Shown here: one piece after another, positions 17,304-26,997 of the stretch | Layout: the number at the start of each line of letters is the position of its first letter | Numbering within the stretch: position 1 is the first letter of the stretch | From: a virus | Lineage: Duplodnaviria; Heunggongvirae; Uroviricota; Caudoviricetes | Reading direction: 5' to 3' (one strand) | DNA length: 64,000 nucleotides | Virus record (IMG/VR): IMGVR_UViG_3300042868_003731 | Location: 89,967 to 153,966 of that record | Made by a program: the position numbers and the translations under genes | Notes under the pieces: model-generated | Databases searched by the model: none | Told to the model about the DNA's origin: nothing | The model's input: only the letters and a program-made list of their open reading frames with translations

Positions 17304-17690
17304 ATGAGCGGCGAATATTTTCAAAAACTACCAGAGGTAAGATATAACAACGTTCTTGTGAGAGATATCACAAGACGAGTTAACTTTCTTAAACAGTCGA
17401 TAGAAAACCCGTACGCGTTTCTTCCCTATACGATAGAAGAAGGCGATCGCGCAGAAGACATCGCCTATCATTACTACGGCGATCCGAACTATGCATGGCT
17501 CGTGTATCTATCAAATAATATCATTGACCCGTATCACGATTGGCCTATGGATGAAGATACGTTCCATAATTATCTAATCGATAAGTATGCTGAGAAATCA
17601 GGAAAAACAGGATACGAAGTGATAGACTGGGCGCGTGATACTACGGATGCATTTGGCGACAATATAGTCTATTACTATAAAGAGGTATAA
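17304..17690 (+). CDS. 53: Baseplate wedge gp53, N-terminal part (LysM-like)
   Basis: YF.KLP.V.Y, YTIEEGDRAEDIAYHYYGDP.Y.W....NNIIDPY.DWP. Confidence 0.85.
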   Translation: MSGEYFQKLPEVRYNNVLVRDITRRVNFLKQSIENPYAFLPYTIEEGDRAEDIAYHYYGDPNYAWLVYLSNNIIDPYHDWPMDEDTFHNYLIDKYAEKSGKTGYEVIDWARDTTDAFGDNIVYYYKEV

Positions 17691-17692
17691 AC

Positions 17693-17944
17693 ATGGCAGT
17701 TGATTTTATTAGACTTGCACCAGATAGTTTTCGAACTATCTTTCTTCGTAAAGAAGATCGTGTAATCCTAAGAACAGAAGCTGGAAGACGTATCGTAATT
17801 AAGCGTATCATTCCTGCTGAATGGGTTCCTTATCGCGTTTACGAATACGAACAGGCATTAAACGATAATAAGAGAAATATACAACTCGTTGATCGTGTAT
17901 ACCTATCGCAGATCGAAAAAGAGATTGAAGACAAGATAAGATGA
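17693..17944 (+). CDS. Separate gene carrying the gp53 C-terminal motif
   Basis: YEYEQALNDNKRNIQL...YL.QI matches the gp53 C-terminus; own GAGGT RBS. Confidence 0.65.
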   Translation: MAVDFIRLAPDSFRTIFLRKEDRVILRTEAGRRIVIKRIIPAEWVPYRVYEYEQALNDNKRNIQLVDRVYLSQIEKEIEDKIR

Positions 17945-19227
17945 GTGGATTTGTTTTACCTGGTTACTATAAGCTTATCTCAGCGGTAGTCACGCCGCTG
18001 AACGGCGACGGCATAGAGATACTTAGCTTAATTCCAGAGTTTACGATAGAAGAGTCTCTTGATAAGGATAGCATACGTGGAACTGCATCTGTGTATGACA
18101 ATATCGGTCTGTTAGAAGATCTTCCTTTAAGAGGAGAAGAACTCCTTACGATTCAAATCGAAGACTCGCTAAAGAATAAAGTAACGCATGAGTTTGCGAT
18201 ATACAAAATCACAGATGTGAATATTAAAAAGACGAACGATGGTCTTACTTATAAAATACACTTTATGTCTAAGTATTCGTTTGAAGCAATGTTTCGAAGA
18301 ATTATCGAACCGTTTAACGATACGATTTCTAATATAGTAGAAAACGTGTTTCAAAACTACTATGTAGGACCTAAACAGCTCATTCTCGAAGATACGATTG
18401 GATTATTCCGTTGCATCGTTCCAAACTATACTCCTATGCAAACTATGAACTTTCTTGCAAACAGAGCATACAGTCGAAAGAGTCCGTCGTGCTCTTTCCG
18501 TTTTTTTGAAACATCTGATAACTACTACTTCGTATCTGACGAGTATCTTATCAATCGCTTCCTTGAGAATAAAGAAGAGATTAAAGAGTTTACATTTAGT
18601 GATGCAGTAGACAAGTCTGGTACAGCGTTTCTCGCTCAGATGAAGAACCTCGTTGAGATAAGAAACTCAGATAGAGTCAACACCGCGATGGATCTCGCGT
18701 CCGGTTCCTATCGTAGCAACGTAATTGAGATCGACCTCATAAAGAGACAAGTTACACTCCCTGGCAAGTCAAATAAGTATGAGTATAACTATCAGGATGC
18801 CAAGAAGAAGTACATGTCCGTGTCAGGAAAGGGAGAGGGTGAAGACTCTCATACGGACGAATTCATAAACGGATACTTTACTCCTGAGAATGAAAGAAGA
18901 TATATCGTCATACGGGACTATGACGACTCGGGCACTCAGCAACTGAGAGGTGATCAGTTCATTCCTGAGATAGTATCTAACCGTCTTGCATATCGCCATC
19001 ACTTAAATCACACTATCGTGTACGCGAAGGCGCATGGCCGCCTTGATTTCAGTGTTGGTGATATCGTTAACATTAAGATTCCTGAGTTTAAGATGTCGCC
19101 TAACCCGCAGCAGAATAGACAGCTATCCGGCTACTATATGATAAATGATCTAACGCATGTCTTTAATAAAGACATACATCAGACTGATATGAAACTTGTT
19201 AAGTATGATTGGAGTACAACAGAATGA
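17941..19227 (+). CDS. Baseplate hub protein (gp27-like)
   Basis: LPLRGEE, F.FFE, and G......VGD.V.I.IP....SGYY.I..L.H.F at the C-terminus; between gp53 and gp5. Confidence 0.7.
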   Translation: MSGFVLPGYYKLISAVVTPLNGDGIEILSLIPEFTIEESLDKDSIRGTASVYDNIGLLEDLPLRGEELLTIQIEDSLKNKVTHEFAIYKITDVNIKKTNDGLTYKIHFMSKYSFEAMFRRIIEPFNDTISNIVENVFQNYYVGPKQLILEDTIGLFRCIVPNYTPMQTMNFLANRAYSRKSPSCSFRFFETSDNYYFVSDEYLINRFLENKEEIKEFTFSDAVDKSGTAFLAQMKNLVEIRNSDRVNTAMDLASGSYRSNVIEIDLIKRQVTLPGKSNKYEYNYQDAKKKYMSVSGKGEGEDSHTDEFINGYFTPENERRYIVIRDYDDSGTQQLRGDQFIPEIVSNRLAYRHHLNHTIVYAKAHGRLDFSVGDIVNIKIPEFKMSPNPQQNRQLSGYYMINDLTHVFNKDIHQTDMKLVKYDWSTTE

Positions 19228-21071
19228 GAGAGACTGGTGTTGGGTTATACGAGCCGCTCTTCTTTATCGGAGTTGTAGAAAACAACGTTGATGAGAGACT
19301 TGAAAAGAGAGTACAGGTCCGTGCCTTCGGAGTGCATGGAACTGTGGATCAGGTACCAACCGAGAGTCTGCCGTGGGCTACTCTTATATACGGTAGCTAC
19401 GATCCAAACTCCCCTCTACCTCCTATAAACTCATTTGTATTCGGCTTCTTTGTTGATGGCCGTGATGCACAGCAACCTATGATCCTTGGTCTTATACCTA
19501 CACAGTTAACCGAAGTGATTAATCCTTCGGTCACCGGGTGGGGCGCAGTTCCTGGTCGTGACTCAAGTATAATCGCAAAAGGATCTACTCCTGACGATTA
19601 CGGCCAGCCGTCAAACTCGAGACTCGAAAGAGGAGAGAACCTAGATCAGACATATGTTCTTCTGCAAGAATTGAACCGTGTAAAGGACGTGCCTACCGCA
19701 AAGATGAACAGCGATGATCCGTCGCCTGCATTCGAAGAACCAGCTCCAGCATACAACGCACAGTATCCATACAATAGAGTTATTGAAACGGCAAGCCACT
19801 CGATAGAACTTGATGACACTCCAGGTGCAGAGAGAATTACGATATTCCATAGATCAGGTTCATACGTATCTATTGACTCGAACGGCACATCGGTTCATAA
19901 GTCAATCTCTGATAAGTACGAGGTCAACGATACACATCAACACGTATATGTTGGTGGTAAGAGTCAAGTGACTATCATGGGAGATAGCCGAGTTCTCGTA
20001 AAAGGAAATAAGGTAGAAGAAGTTGAAGGCGACTTTATGCAGATCGTTCACGGTAACCATCTGTTATCTGTTGCCGGTCAGATGAACTTAAACGGAAGCG
20101 AAGAAGTTCAGATGCGAGCCGCCAAGCTTCGTTTTGAAGCTAACGTTGAGAACATCAATTTAAAATCGAGCAGAGCAATCAACATTGAGAGCGGAAAGTC
20201 AATCAGTGTCAAGTCTGGTGAGGCTATAGCTATACAATCAACAGACCGACTTGATATTAAGTCTGGAACAAATCTATTCTTAAATGCAGAAGACATAGGA
20301 CATCTTCGAGCTCAGACTGTTAGAATAGGCGGACAGTCTCGGGTTGACATTAATGCTTCTAATGTTTATATAGACGACAACGTTAGTATGGCTAACGGAT
20401 CTGCAGTAAGCCCGTCAGTAGCAACAACTGCGGTAGCTGCAGAGGGTACAGAGCTTCCAGAACCTGCATCAAAGAGTGCAAGCACGACTCAATATAGAAA
20501 CAGTTCATCGCTTGGATCCGCTGGATACGCATCCCAGGATGAAGGTGGTGGAGGTTCTTCTTCTAGCGCTAGCGGTGCAGATCCTGCGGTAGAGTATACC
20601 GGATCGGCAAACGCAAGTATGGATCTTCTTACGCTTGTAAAATCTTTCGAAGGATTTAGTGAGTACCCGTACGAGGATTACGGACAATGGTCGATTGGTT
20701 ACGGCAGTGGTGTTGGTCCTTCAAGTCAACCGCCTAAGATACCCGGACCTATATCCGAGCAAGAGGCGACACGCCTTCTAAGCGAGAACCTGCAGAAGTT
20801 TATTGTTAACGTTGAGACGATAAATCAGAAGGGTAACTATAATTGGACGCAAGAGTCGAAAGACGCTCTTACTTGCTTTGCTTATAACATTGGCAGTATA
20901 AATGAACTTACGGCCAATGGTACAAGAGATAATGCCACGATCGCGGCCAAGATGTTAGAGTATTCAAAAGCTGGCGGCGTTACTTTGAGCGCTCTTGTTC
21001 AGAGAAGAACTATTGAAAGACAAAAGTTTTTAAACGGTCTCGCTGGTACTAGCAGCGGTACACTTGTTTAA
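19224..21071 (+). CDS. 5: Central spike gp5 with C-terminal GH24 lysozyme domain
   Basis: OB-fold FIGVVEN..D.....RVQVRAFG.H, YPYNRV.ET.SH..E.DDTPGAERI, beta-helix repeats, a Ser/Gly linker, then SFEG.......D....SIGYG..DAL..FAYN.G..RR..E. Start moved to ATG 19224. Confidence 0.88.
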   Translation: MRETGVGLYEPLFFIGVVENNVDERLEKRVQVRAFGVHGTVDQVPTESLPWATLIYGSYDPNSPLPPINSFVFGFFVDGRDAQQPMILGLIPTQLTEVINPSVTGWGAVPGRDSSIIAKGSTPDDYGQPSNSRLERGENLDQTYVLLQELNRVKDVPTAKMNSDDPSPAFEEPAPAYNAQYPYNRVIETASHSIELDDTPGAERITIFHRSGSYVSIDSNGTSVHKSISDKYEVNDTHQHVYVGGKSQVTIMGDSRVLVKGNKVEEVEGDFMQIVHGNHLLSVAGQMNLNGSEEVQMRAAKLRFEANVENINLKSSRAINIESGKSISVKSGEAIAIQSTDRLDIKSGTNLFLNAEDIGHLRAQTVRIGGQSRVDINASNVYIDDNVSMANGSAVSPSVATTAVAAEGTELPEPASKSASTTQYRNSSSLGSAGYASQDEGGGGSSSSASGADPAVEYTGSANASMDLLTLVKSFEGFSEYPYEDYGQWSIGYGSGVGPSSQPPKIPGPISEQEATRLLSENLQKFIVNVETINQKGNYNWTQESKDALTCFAYNIGSINELTANGTRDNATIAAKMLEYSKAGGVTLSALVQRRTIERQKFLNGLAGTSSGTLV

Positions 21072-21089
21072 GTATTCGGAGGATAACCT

Positions 21090-22604
21090 ATGACCACGAG
21101 TGGTCTGTGCAGTAGAAGAAATTGCGTAACTAGAGTTGGTGATTCTGGCGAGATCATAGAGCTTGAGATTCCTCAGGCTCTTGATATCGGAGAGTTTAGT
21201 GCCGCATCACTCAACGACTTATACCAGAGCGGTGTTGTCTCTTCTCCTGGAGATAACGATCCTATCACCGTGATTACAAGACAGTATGGAACGGATCCTT
21301 TCTATTCTTCCGTTGCGGCGGTTAACCAATACTTTACGAGACCCGACGTTAGAAACCTCATTAATCCGGATAGACACCCCCTGTTAGATGAGAGAGTAAA
21401 CACCGGTGTTGTCTTCACTCCTGTAGAGATAGCAGATTTTATACGTGAGTATGGCTATACCCCGATTACTCTATCTGTATCTAGCTCCATCGTATCTATC
21501 AAGTTAATTAATGAATTCGAAGCGTTCTACACAAAGAACTTTACTCAGAGTACTATCGGCAGTTTCTGCGCTCTCGTTCCTAGCATATTTGGTGCTATAG
21601 GAGCATTCTTTACGGCCCTTGACGGAATTGCAGATTTAGTCAATAAGCTAAAGAACTTCGCACTTAACTTTTCTCTAGCAGGTCTGTTGAATCAGCTTAA
21701 AGATAATATAACAAAAGTATTGGATAAAGTAATTGATAAAGTGAAGAACATTATCGAAAACTTTTCAATCGCAGATGTTATTTCTGAAGTAAAGACATTT
21801 ATAGTAGAAAAGATAGGTGGTCAGTTTCAAAAGATAAAAGAAGCTGCGATGAAGTTCTTTGATCCTGAAAACTTAAAGAACTTTAAGAATAAGATACAAG
21901 CAATCATAGACTATGCGGTCGGCGTGTTTAAAAACCCGACTCTTGAAGATATCCAGTTTCTTCTATATAGATTCTGCCAATTCGTTTCACAAGTAGAGAA
22001 CGGCATCAATGCAATTAAAAACCCCCTCGACACCTTTGTGAATTCATATAAAGATACGATAAGCATTCTAACATCAAACTCAGCCGCAAATAGCGCGCGA
22101 TCCGTCACTGCTGGTGGAATTCGTTACGATCTTCCTGCTCGTGGTACTGGAATAAATACAAGTAGAGAAATTTATACAGCAGCTGGAGATATTCCGCCAA
22201 TGGGCCCGGAAGATTTTCAAGCAGTAACTCCTTGGAACGAAGGCAAGGGTGACTCTAGAGTAACGTTTAACGGTAGGTGGGTTGCTGCTTTAGGCAGAGA
22301 TGGTTGGGAGAAAGTTGACATTGGAGTAAGAGCAATGTTAATGAAGGTTCAGAAAGACTTTGGCCGACCTCTGTTTGTAAATAGTGGATACAGATCGCCT
22401 GAATATAATGCAAAATTAGACGGGGCCGCTAAGAACTCGTATCATATGCAAGGAAAGGCTTTAGATATATCTTGGTCTGGTCTAAACAATGAAACTAAAG
22501 AAGAGTTTATAAGATTGGCGAGAACGCGTGGATTCAGAGGAATAGGAAGATACAACAGCTTCATTCATATAGACGTAGGACCAGAAAGATCGTGGTCCGG
22601 CTAG
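21090..22604 (+). CDS. Helical protein with C-terminal M15A zinc peptidase domain
   Basis: VNSGYRSPEYN..GAAKNSYHM.GKALDI..GIGRY.SFIHIDVG (H-x6-D and H zinc ligands). Confidence 0.8.
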   Translation: MTTSGLCSRRNCVTRVGDSGEIIELEIPQALDIGEFSAASLNDLYQSGVVSSPGDNDPITVITRQYGTDPFYSSVAAVNQYFTRPDVRNLINPDRHPLLDERVNTGVVFTPVEIADFIREYGYTPITLSVSSSIVSIKLINEFEAFYTKNFTQSTIGSFCALVPSIFGAIGAFFTALDGIADLVNKLKNFALNFSLAGLLNQLKDNITKVLDKVIDKVKNIIENFSIADVISEVKTFIVEKIGGQFQKIKEAAMKFFDPENLKNFKNKIQAIIDYAVGVFKNPTLEDIQFLLYRFCQFVSQVENGINAIKNPLDTFVNSYKDTISILTSNSAANSARSVTAGGIRYDLPARGTGINTSREIYTAAGDIPPMGPEDFQAVTPWNEGKGDSRVTFNGRWVAALGRDGWEKVDIGVRAMLMKVQKDFGRPLFVNSGYRSPEYNAKLDGAAKNSYHMQGKALDISWSGLNNETKEEFIRLARTRGFRGIGRYNSFIHIDVGPERSWSG

Positions 22605-22639
22605 TAAGAACACAATCCTTGCCTAGGGAGGCATAATAA

Positions 22640-23056
22640 GTGGTAGTACAGATCGTAACACCAGTTCGTAAGAGAGTTAGTCTGTTCTCAGACTTTCACA
22701 AGGATCTCACGCAGAATCCTATTACCGAAGACTTGGCAGTGAAGAGAGACGAAGAAGCTGTAAAGGAAGCCATTAAGAACCTCATTCTTACGGATCGTGG
22801 CGAGAGACTAATGCAACCACTCGTCGGCGGAAACATTCGCGCCATGCTTTTCGAGAATAACACGCCATCGACCATAAAGATCATTCAAGAATCAATCAAA
22901 GAAACGATTAACTTTTACGAACCGAGAGCAACACTCTTGGATGTTATAGTTCAATCTTCATTAGATGAATCTACTGTAGAAGTCGCGATCTATTTCTACA
23001 TAAATAACATTGAACAGCCGATCACCTTAACGGTGTTCCTAGAGAGGACAAGATAA
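22640..23056 (+). CDS. 25: Baseplate wedge gp25
   Basis: AVKEAIKNLILT.RGER..P..G..I..LFE and YEPR; GGGAGG RBS with GTG start. Confidence 0.92.
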   Translation: MVVQIVTPVRKRVSLFSDFHKDLTQNPITEDLAVKRDEEAVKEAIKNLILTDRGERLMQPLVGGNIRAMLFENNTPSTIKIIQESIKETINFYEPRATLLDVIVQSSLDESTVEVAIYFYINNIEQPITLTVFLERTR

Positions 23057-24841
23057 ATGGCTACGAAACCAATTAACGAACTAGATTTCGCAGCATTAAA
23101 AGATCAGTTCATTACATTCCTTAAGGGCCAGACTCAGTTTAAGGATTACAATTTTGCTGGTTCAAATATGAACGTTCTTTTGGATGTTCTATCATACAAC
23201 ACGTATATGAATAACTTTTATACGAACATGGCAATTGGCGAGATGTTTCTTGACTCTGCGGTTCTTAAGAACTCGGTCGTATCGCACGCAAAGGAATTAA
23301 ACTATCTTCCAAGATCTAGAACTTCTGCGAAGGCTATAGTTAACCTGTCCATCTCTGCACCGACAGAGACTTCACAGACGATTACTATACCTCGTTTCAC
23401 CGAATTCACATCTACTTACCAAGGATCTACTTTTACATTCATAACGAATGAAGTGTATGCTGCGCGTAGAACATCAGGAAGCACGTTCGTTGCGGCCAAC
23501 GTAGAAATATTTGAAGGAGAGATACTTACGAACTTTGAGAAAGACGGCTTCTTCCTGGATGACCAGAATTTCTTGAGATGTAATCTTACGAACGATAACA
23601 TAGACACTAGTACAATCGAAGTGTATGTAGATGAAGTCGCTACTGAAAATCAAAATCAATTCCTATACACGCCAGATATCTTCGGTGTCACACCAACGAG
23701 TAAGGTGTTTTATTTAGATCCATACTTTGATGATAGATACTCGATCTACTTCGGAAGAAACATCTACGGTGAGCAACCAGGCGTAGACATTGATGTTAAG
23801 GTACAGTATAGAATTTGTAGCGGTTCAGAACCAAACGGCGCAGCTCGCTTTGGTACTAGTTTTATTCCAAACGCAACGGTCACGACAGTAGAAGCTGCGA
23901 GTGGTGGAGCTGAGCGTGAGACGATTGATAGCATAAAGTACTTTGCTCCAAAGTCACTGCAGATCCAAGAAAGAGCTATAACCGCAAGAGACTACGAAGT
24001 TCTTCTTCGTCAAAGATTTCCAGACATTCAGTCAGTGTCAGTCTATGGTGGAGACGAGTTGGATCCTCCGCAGTATGGAAGAGTCGCGATATCGGTAAAT
24101 CTACAGGGAGAAAGAATTCTTTCAAACACGAATAAGAATTCCTATGTTGCTTTTCTTTCAGACAAGAGTCCTCTTTCTATAGAACCGATATTCGTTGATC
24201 CAGAATTCCTATACATAGAAGCTATCGTGGACATATCATTTTCTCGTAAGCTTACGACCAAGTCAACAGCTCAGCTCGAAACTCTTATAAGATCGGCCAT
24301 ACTTAACTTTAATCAAACGAACCTAGATGATTTCGGTGAAATTCTTAGATCATCGAGACTATCTTCAATCATAGATGACTTGGACGATGGAATTCTGAGT
24401 AACTCGCTCTGCGTGAACCCTATTATTGAATATAAGCCGGTTCTAAACCTTGCGCTCAATCCTAAGTTTAAGTTTGAAAGTCAACTCGTAAAACCTTATC
24501 CTTACAAATCAGTAAATGGTTTCGCTGACTTTAAACCAGCCATCGTAAGTACACCATTTACTTATCGCGGAATTCTATCAAAGATACAGGATGATGGCGC
24601 TGGAAATATGCAAATTATCAGTGCTGGCGCAGTTAATACTGAAATACTTAAACCAAATGCTGGCACCGTGGATTACACAACAGGCGAAGTAAGGCTCATA
24701 AACTTTATAGTAGAGTCTTTCACAGGAAATGGTATTAAGATCTATGCGGCAACAACATCTGTTGATATAACAGCGCCAAAAAGCAGAATTCTTACAGTTC
24801 GCGACGAAGATGTATTAGTCAACTTCATAGAGACAAACTGA
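23057..24841 (+). CDS. 6: Baseplate wedge gp6
   Basis: ELDF..LK.....FL, FKDYNF.GS....LLD.L.YNT, FLDSA..SVVSHAK.LNY.P.S and RA.T..DY. Confidence 0.93.
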   Translation: MATKPINELDFAALKDQFITFLKGQTQFKDYNFAGSNMNVLLDVLSYNTYMNNFYTNMAIGEMFLDSAVLKNSVVSHAKELNYLPRSRTSAKAIVNLSISAPTETSQTITIPRFTEFTSTYQGSTFTFITNEVYAARRTSGSTFVAANVEIFEGEILTNFEKDGFFLDDQNFLRCNLTNDNIDTSTIEVYVDEVATENQNQFLYTPDIFGVTPTSKVFYLDPYFDDRYSIYFGRNIYGEQPGVDIDVKVQYRICSGSEPNGAARFGTSFIPNATVTTVEAASGGAERETIDSIKYFAPKSLQIQERAITARDYEVLLRQRFPDIQSVSVYGGDELDPPQYGRVAISVNLQGERILSNTNKNSYVAFLSDKSPLSIEPIFVDPEFLYIEAIVDISFSRKLTTKSTAQLETLIRSAILNFNQTNLDDFGEILRSSRLSSIIDDLDDGILSNSLCVNPIIEYKPVLNLALNPKFKFESQLVKPYPYKSVNGFADFKPAIVSTPFTYRGILSKIQDDGAGNMQIISAGAVNTEILKPNAGTVDYTTGEVRLINFIVESFTGNGIKIYAATTSVDITAPKSRILTVRDEDVLVNFIETN

Positions 24842-26973
24842 TGCCAGTAGAAAAGCTAATATCGTTTCATATAGAACGACAGTTCCCGGCCATCTATCGT
24901 GAAGATGGTCAAGAACTTATTCAATTGGTAAAAGAATACTATAAGTTTTTAGAAACAAACACCGAACAGAGTTTATATAACGGAAGAAGACTCTTTGAGT
25001 ATAAAGATATAGATACTACTCTTGAAAGTATGCTGATATTCTTTAAGAAAAAGTATCTCGCAGATCTTCCGTTCGATGGTGACACCGTAAGAATTGTTGT
25101 AAAGAACATATTAGGTCTGTATCGTAGAAAAGGAACTCAAGGCGGGCTCGAGCTCTTCTTCAATATTTTTTATAACGAAAGCATCAAAGTATACTACCCA
25201 GCCAAAGATATGTTTAGACCTTCCGATTCTGAGTGGAAGAAAGGCACCTATCTTCAGATGATGCCTAACAATGGGCTATTCACTTCAACAAAAACAACTC
25301 AGACATATACATATAAAGACCTAATCGGTAAACAAATCATTGGTGCATCTTCAAGAGTAAAGGCTACAGTTGATAAGATAAACTTCGTCATCGTCGGTAA
25401 TACTATTACTCCAATACTTTTCATTAATGATGAGACTGGAAGTTTTATTGGTAAAGAAAACATAATAAGTGAATTCAGTGGTATACCTATAAGCTTTGGT
25501 GTTATCAATGGATCTCTAACATCAATAGCAGTGGATGATAATTTTGGTGGATCGATAGGAAACGAAATAGGTGACATAGTAACATTTAGAACCGACAATG
25601 GGTTTGGCGCAAAAGGGCTCGTCACCGCAGTTACTGAGAATTTTTCGGGTTTCGTTAGATACGATATTGAGGACGGGGGCTGGGGTTACTCTGTAGATAC
25701 AACAAAGCTTCTTGTTTCTAACCAAACGATATTCCTTGATAACGAGGGCGGAAAGTTTCAACTGCTAGAAGCTTTAGAAGATGATTCTGGAAATAGAGGC
25801 ATCGTGATCGGGCAGAGTAATACTGCAATTGGTTTAAAGATGGATGTTGGAGATGAATTTACGAACACGTCTATCATTACGACAATGGATAGAGACATAA
25901 ATGTTAATATTACAACACTATCGCCATTGACTCCAATACGAATTTTGGAGAAGAATGATAGCTCACCAGGTCCTCTCTATCCAGAAACGTTAGATACTGA
26001 CGACGTTATTCTCGCAGAGATTGATAACGAGGAGAGCGTGTCTCTTATCTTTGATCTAATTGGTGATTACGCAAACGTTGCTCTTAATGCTGCAAACTAC
26101 AACGACCCGCCGGCAGAACAGCCTATGAGTGGTTTTCCTGACACCGATCCAATTACAATCAGTACACCTCTTAACGAGGCGTTCGATTTAACGCCTATCG
26201 ATATAGGAAGAATTGTTAGGTTTGATAATATAAACCCAGGTACTGATTATGAAAACGATGTATTTGCTATAGCATATGATACACGAATATCACTTTTCAA
26301 AAAGAGAAATCAGCTAGTTACTCTTTCTAATATGCCAGCAACGATAAGTGTTGGAAGTTTGGTAACACAGGAAAGTACGAATGGAAAAGTAGTCTCTATA
26401 AATAATAATACTCTTACGATTACGCCATACACTTACGCCGGATTTAATAATACATCAGGTCTTATATTCAAAGGTGTTAACTATGGCATTGTTGGTGTGT
26501 CGACAGACTTTAATTCGCCAATTGCCGGATTTAATGCTACTATAAATGCAGTAACATCTTTCGGAGTAGGAAAGATAACCAACGTATCTGTAATCGATTC
26601 TGGTTACGGTTATACTCATAATACGATTGCCGATATCATAGACGCGGATGGAGAATTGGCATCAAAAGGAACGATCTCAGCTTTAGGCCCAGGATCTACA
26701 GAAGGATATTGGGCTTCATTGGACTCGCATATAAACGGATATGTTTTAGACGGTGCGAGTCTAACATACTATGACTCCGGTAAGAGAGTTCAGGATAGTA
26801 ATTACTATCAAGAATTTTCATATGAGATTCTTTCTACAGTAAATCTTCCGGAATACGAAGAGTCTTTAAGAGAAATCGTGCACGTTGCTGGAACAAAAGT
26901 CTTTGGTAGATTTAACCTAGAAGACGTTATGTCAACACCGATATCTTCTAGAATTATTATTGACGCGGAATAA
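24841..26973 (+). CDS. 7: Baseplate wedge gp7
   Basis: QFP..YRE, LYRRKGT..G..LFF...Y and C-terminal QDS.YYQEFSY.I.S......Y......VH.AG.K.FG. Confidence 0.85.
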   Translation: MPVEKLISFHIERQFPAIYREDGQELIQLVKEYYKFLETNTEQSLYNGRRLFEYKDIDTTLESMLIFFKKKYLADLPFDGDTVRIVVKNILGLYRRKGTQGGLELFFNIFYNESIKVYYPAKDMFRPSDSEWKKGTYLQMMPNNGLFTSTKTTQTYTYKDLIGKQIIGASSRVKATVDKINFVIVGNTITPILFINDETGSFIGKENIISEFSGIPISFGVINGSLTSIAVDDNFGGSIGNEIGDIVTFRTDNGFGAKGLVTAVTENFSGFVRYDIEDGGWGYSVDTTKLLVSNQTIFLDNEGGKFQLLEALEDDSGNRGIVIGQSNTAIGLKMDVGDEFTNTSIITTMDRDINVNITTLSPLTPIRILEKNDSSPGPLYPETLDTDDVILAEIDNEESVSLIFDLIGDYANVALNAANYNDPPAEQPMSGFPDTDPITISTPLNEAFDLTPIDIGRIVRFDNINPGTDYENDVFAIAYDTRISLFKKRNQLVTLSNMPATISVGSLVTQESTNGKVVSINNNTLTITPYTYAGFNNTSGLIFKGVNYGIVGVSTDFNSPIAGFNATINAVTSFGVGKITNVSVIDSGYGYTHNTIADIIDADGELASKGTISALGPGSTEGYWASLDSHINGYVLDGASLTYYDSGKRVQDSNYYQEFSYEILSTVNLPEYEESLREIVHVAGTKVFGRFNLEDVMSTPISSRIIIDAE

Positions 26974-26997
26974 ATAGAGCAAAATAGGTTTAGGAAA

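Noticed and set aside
17304-17944. gp53 as a pseudogene
   Set aside because: It is an essential baseplate gene, both halves keep conserved motifs, and the second has its own RBS; treated as a fission instead.
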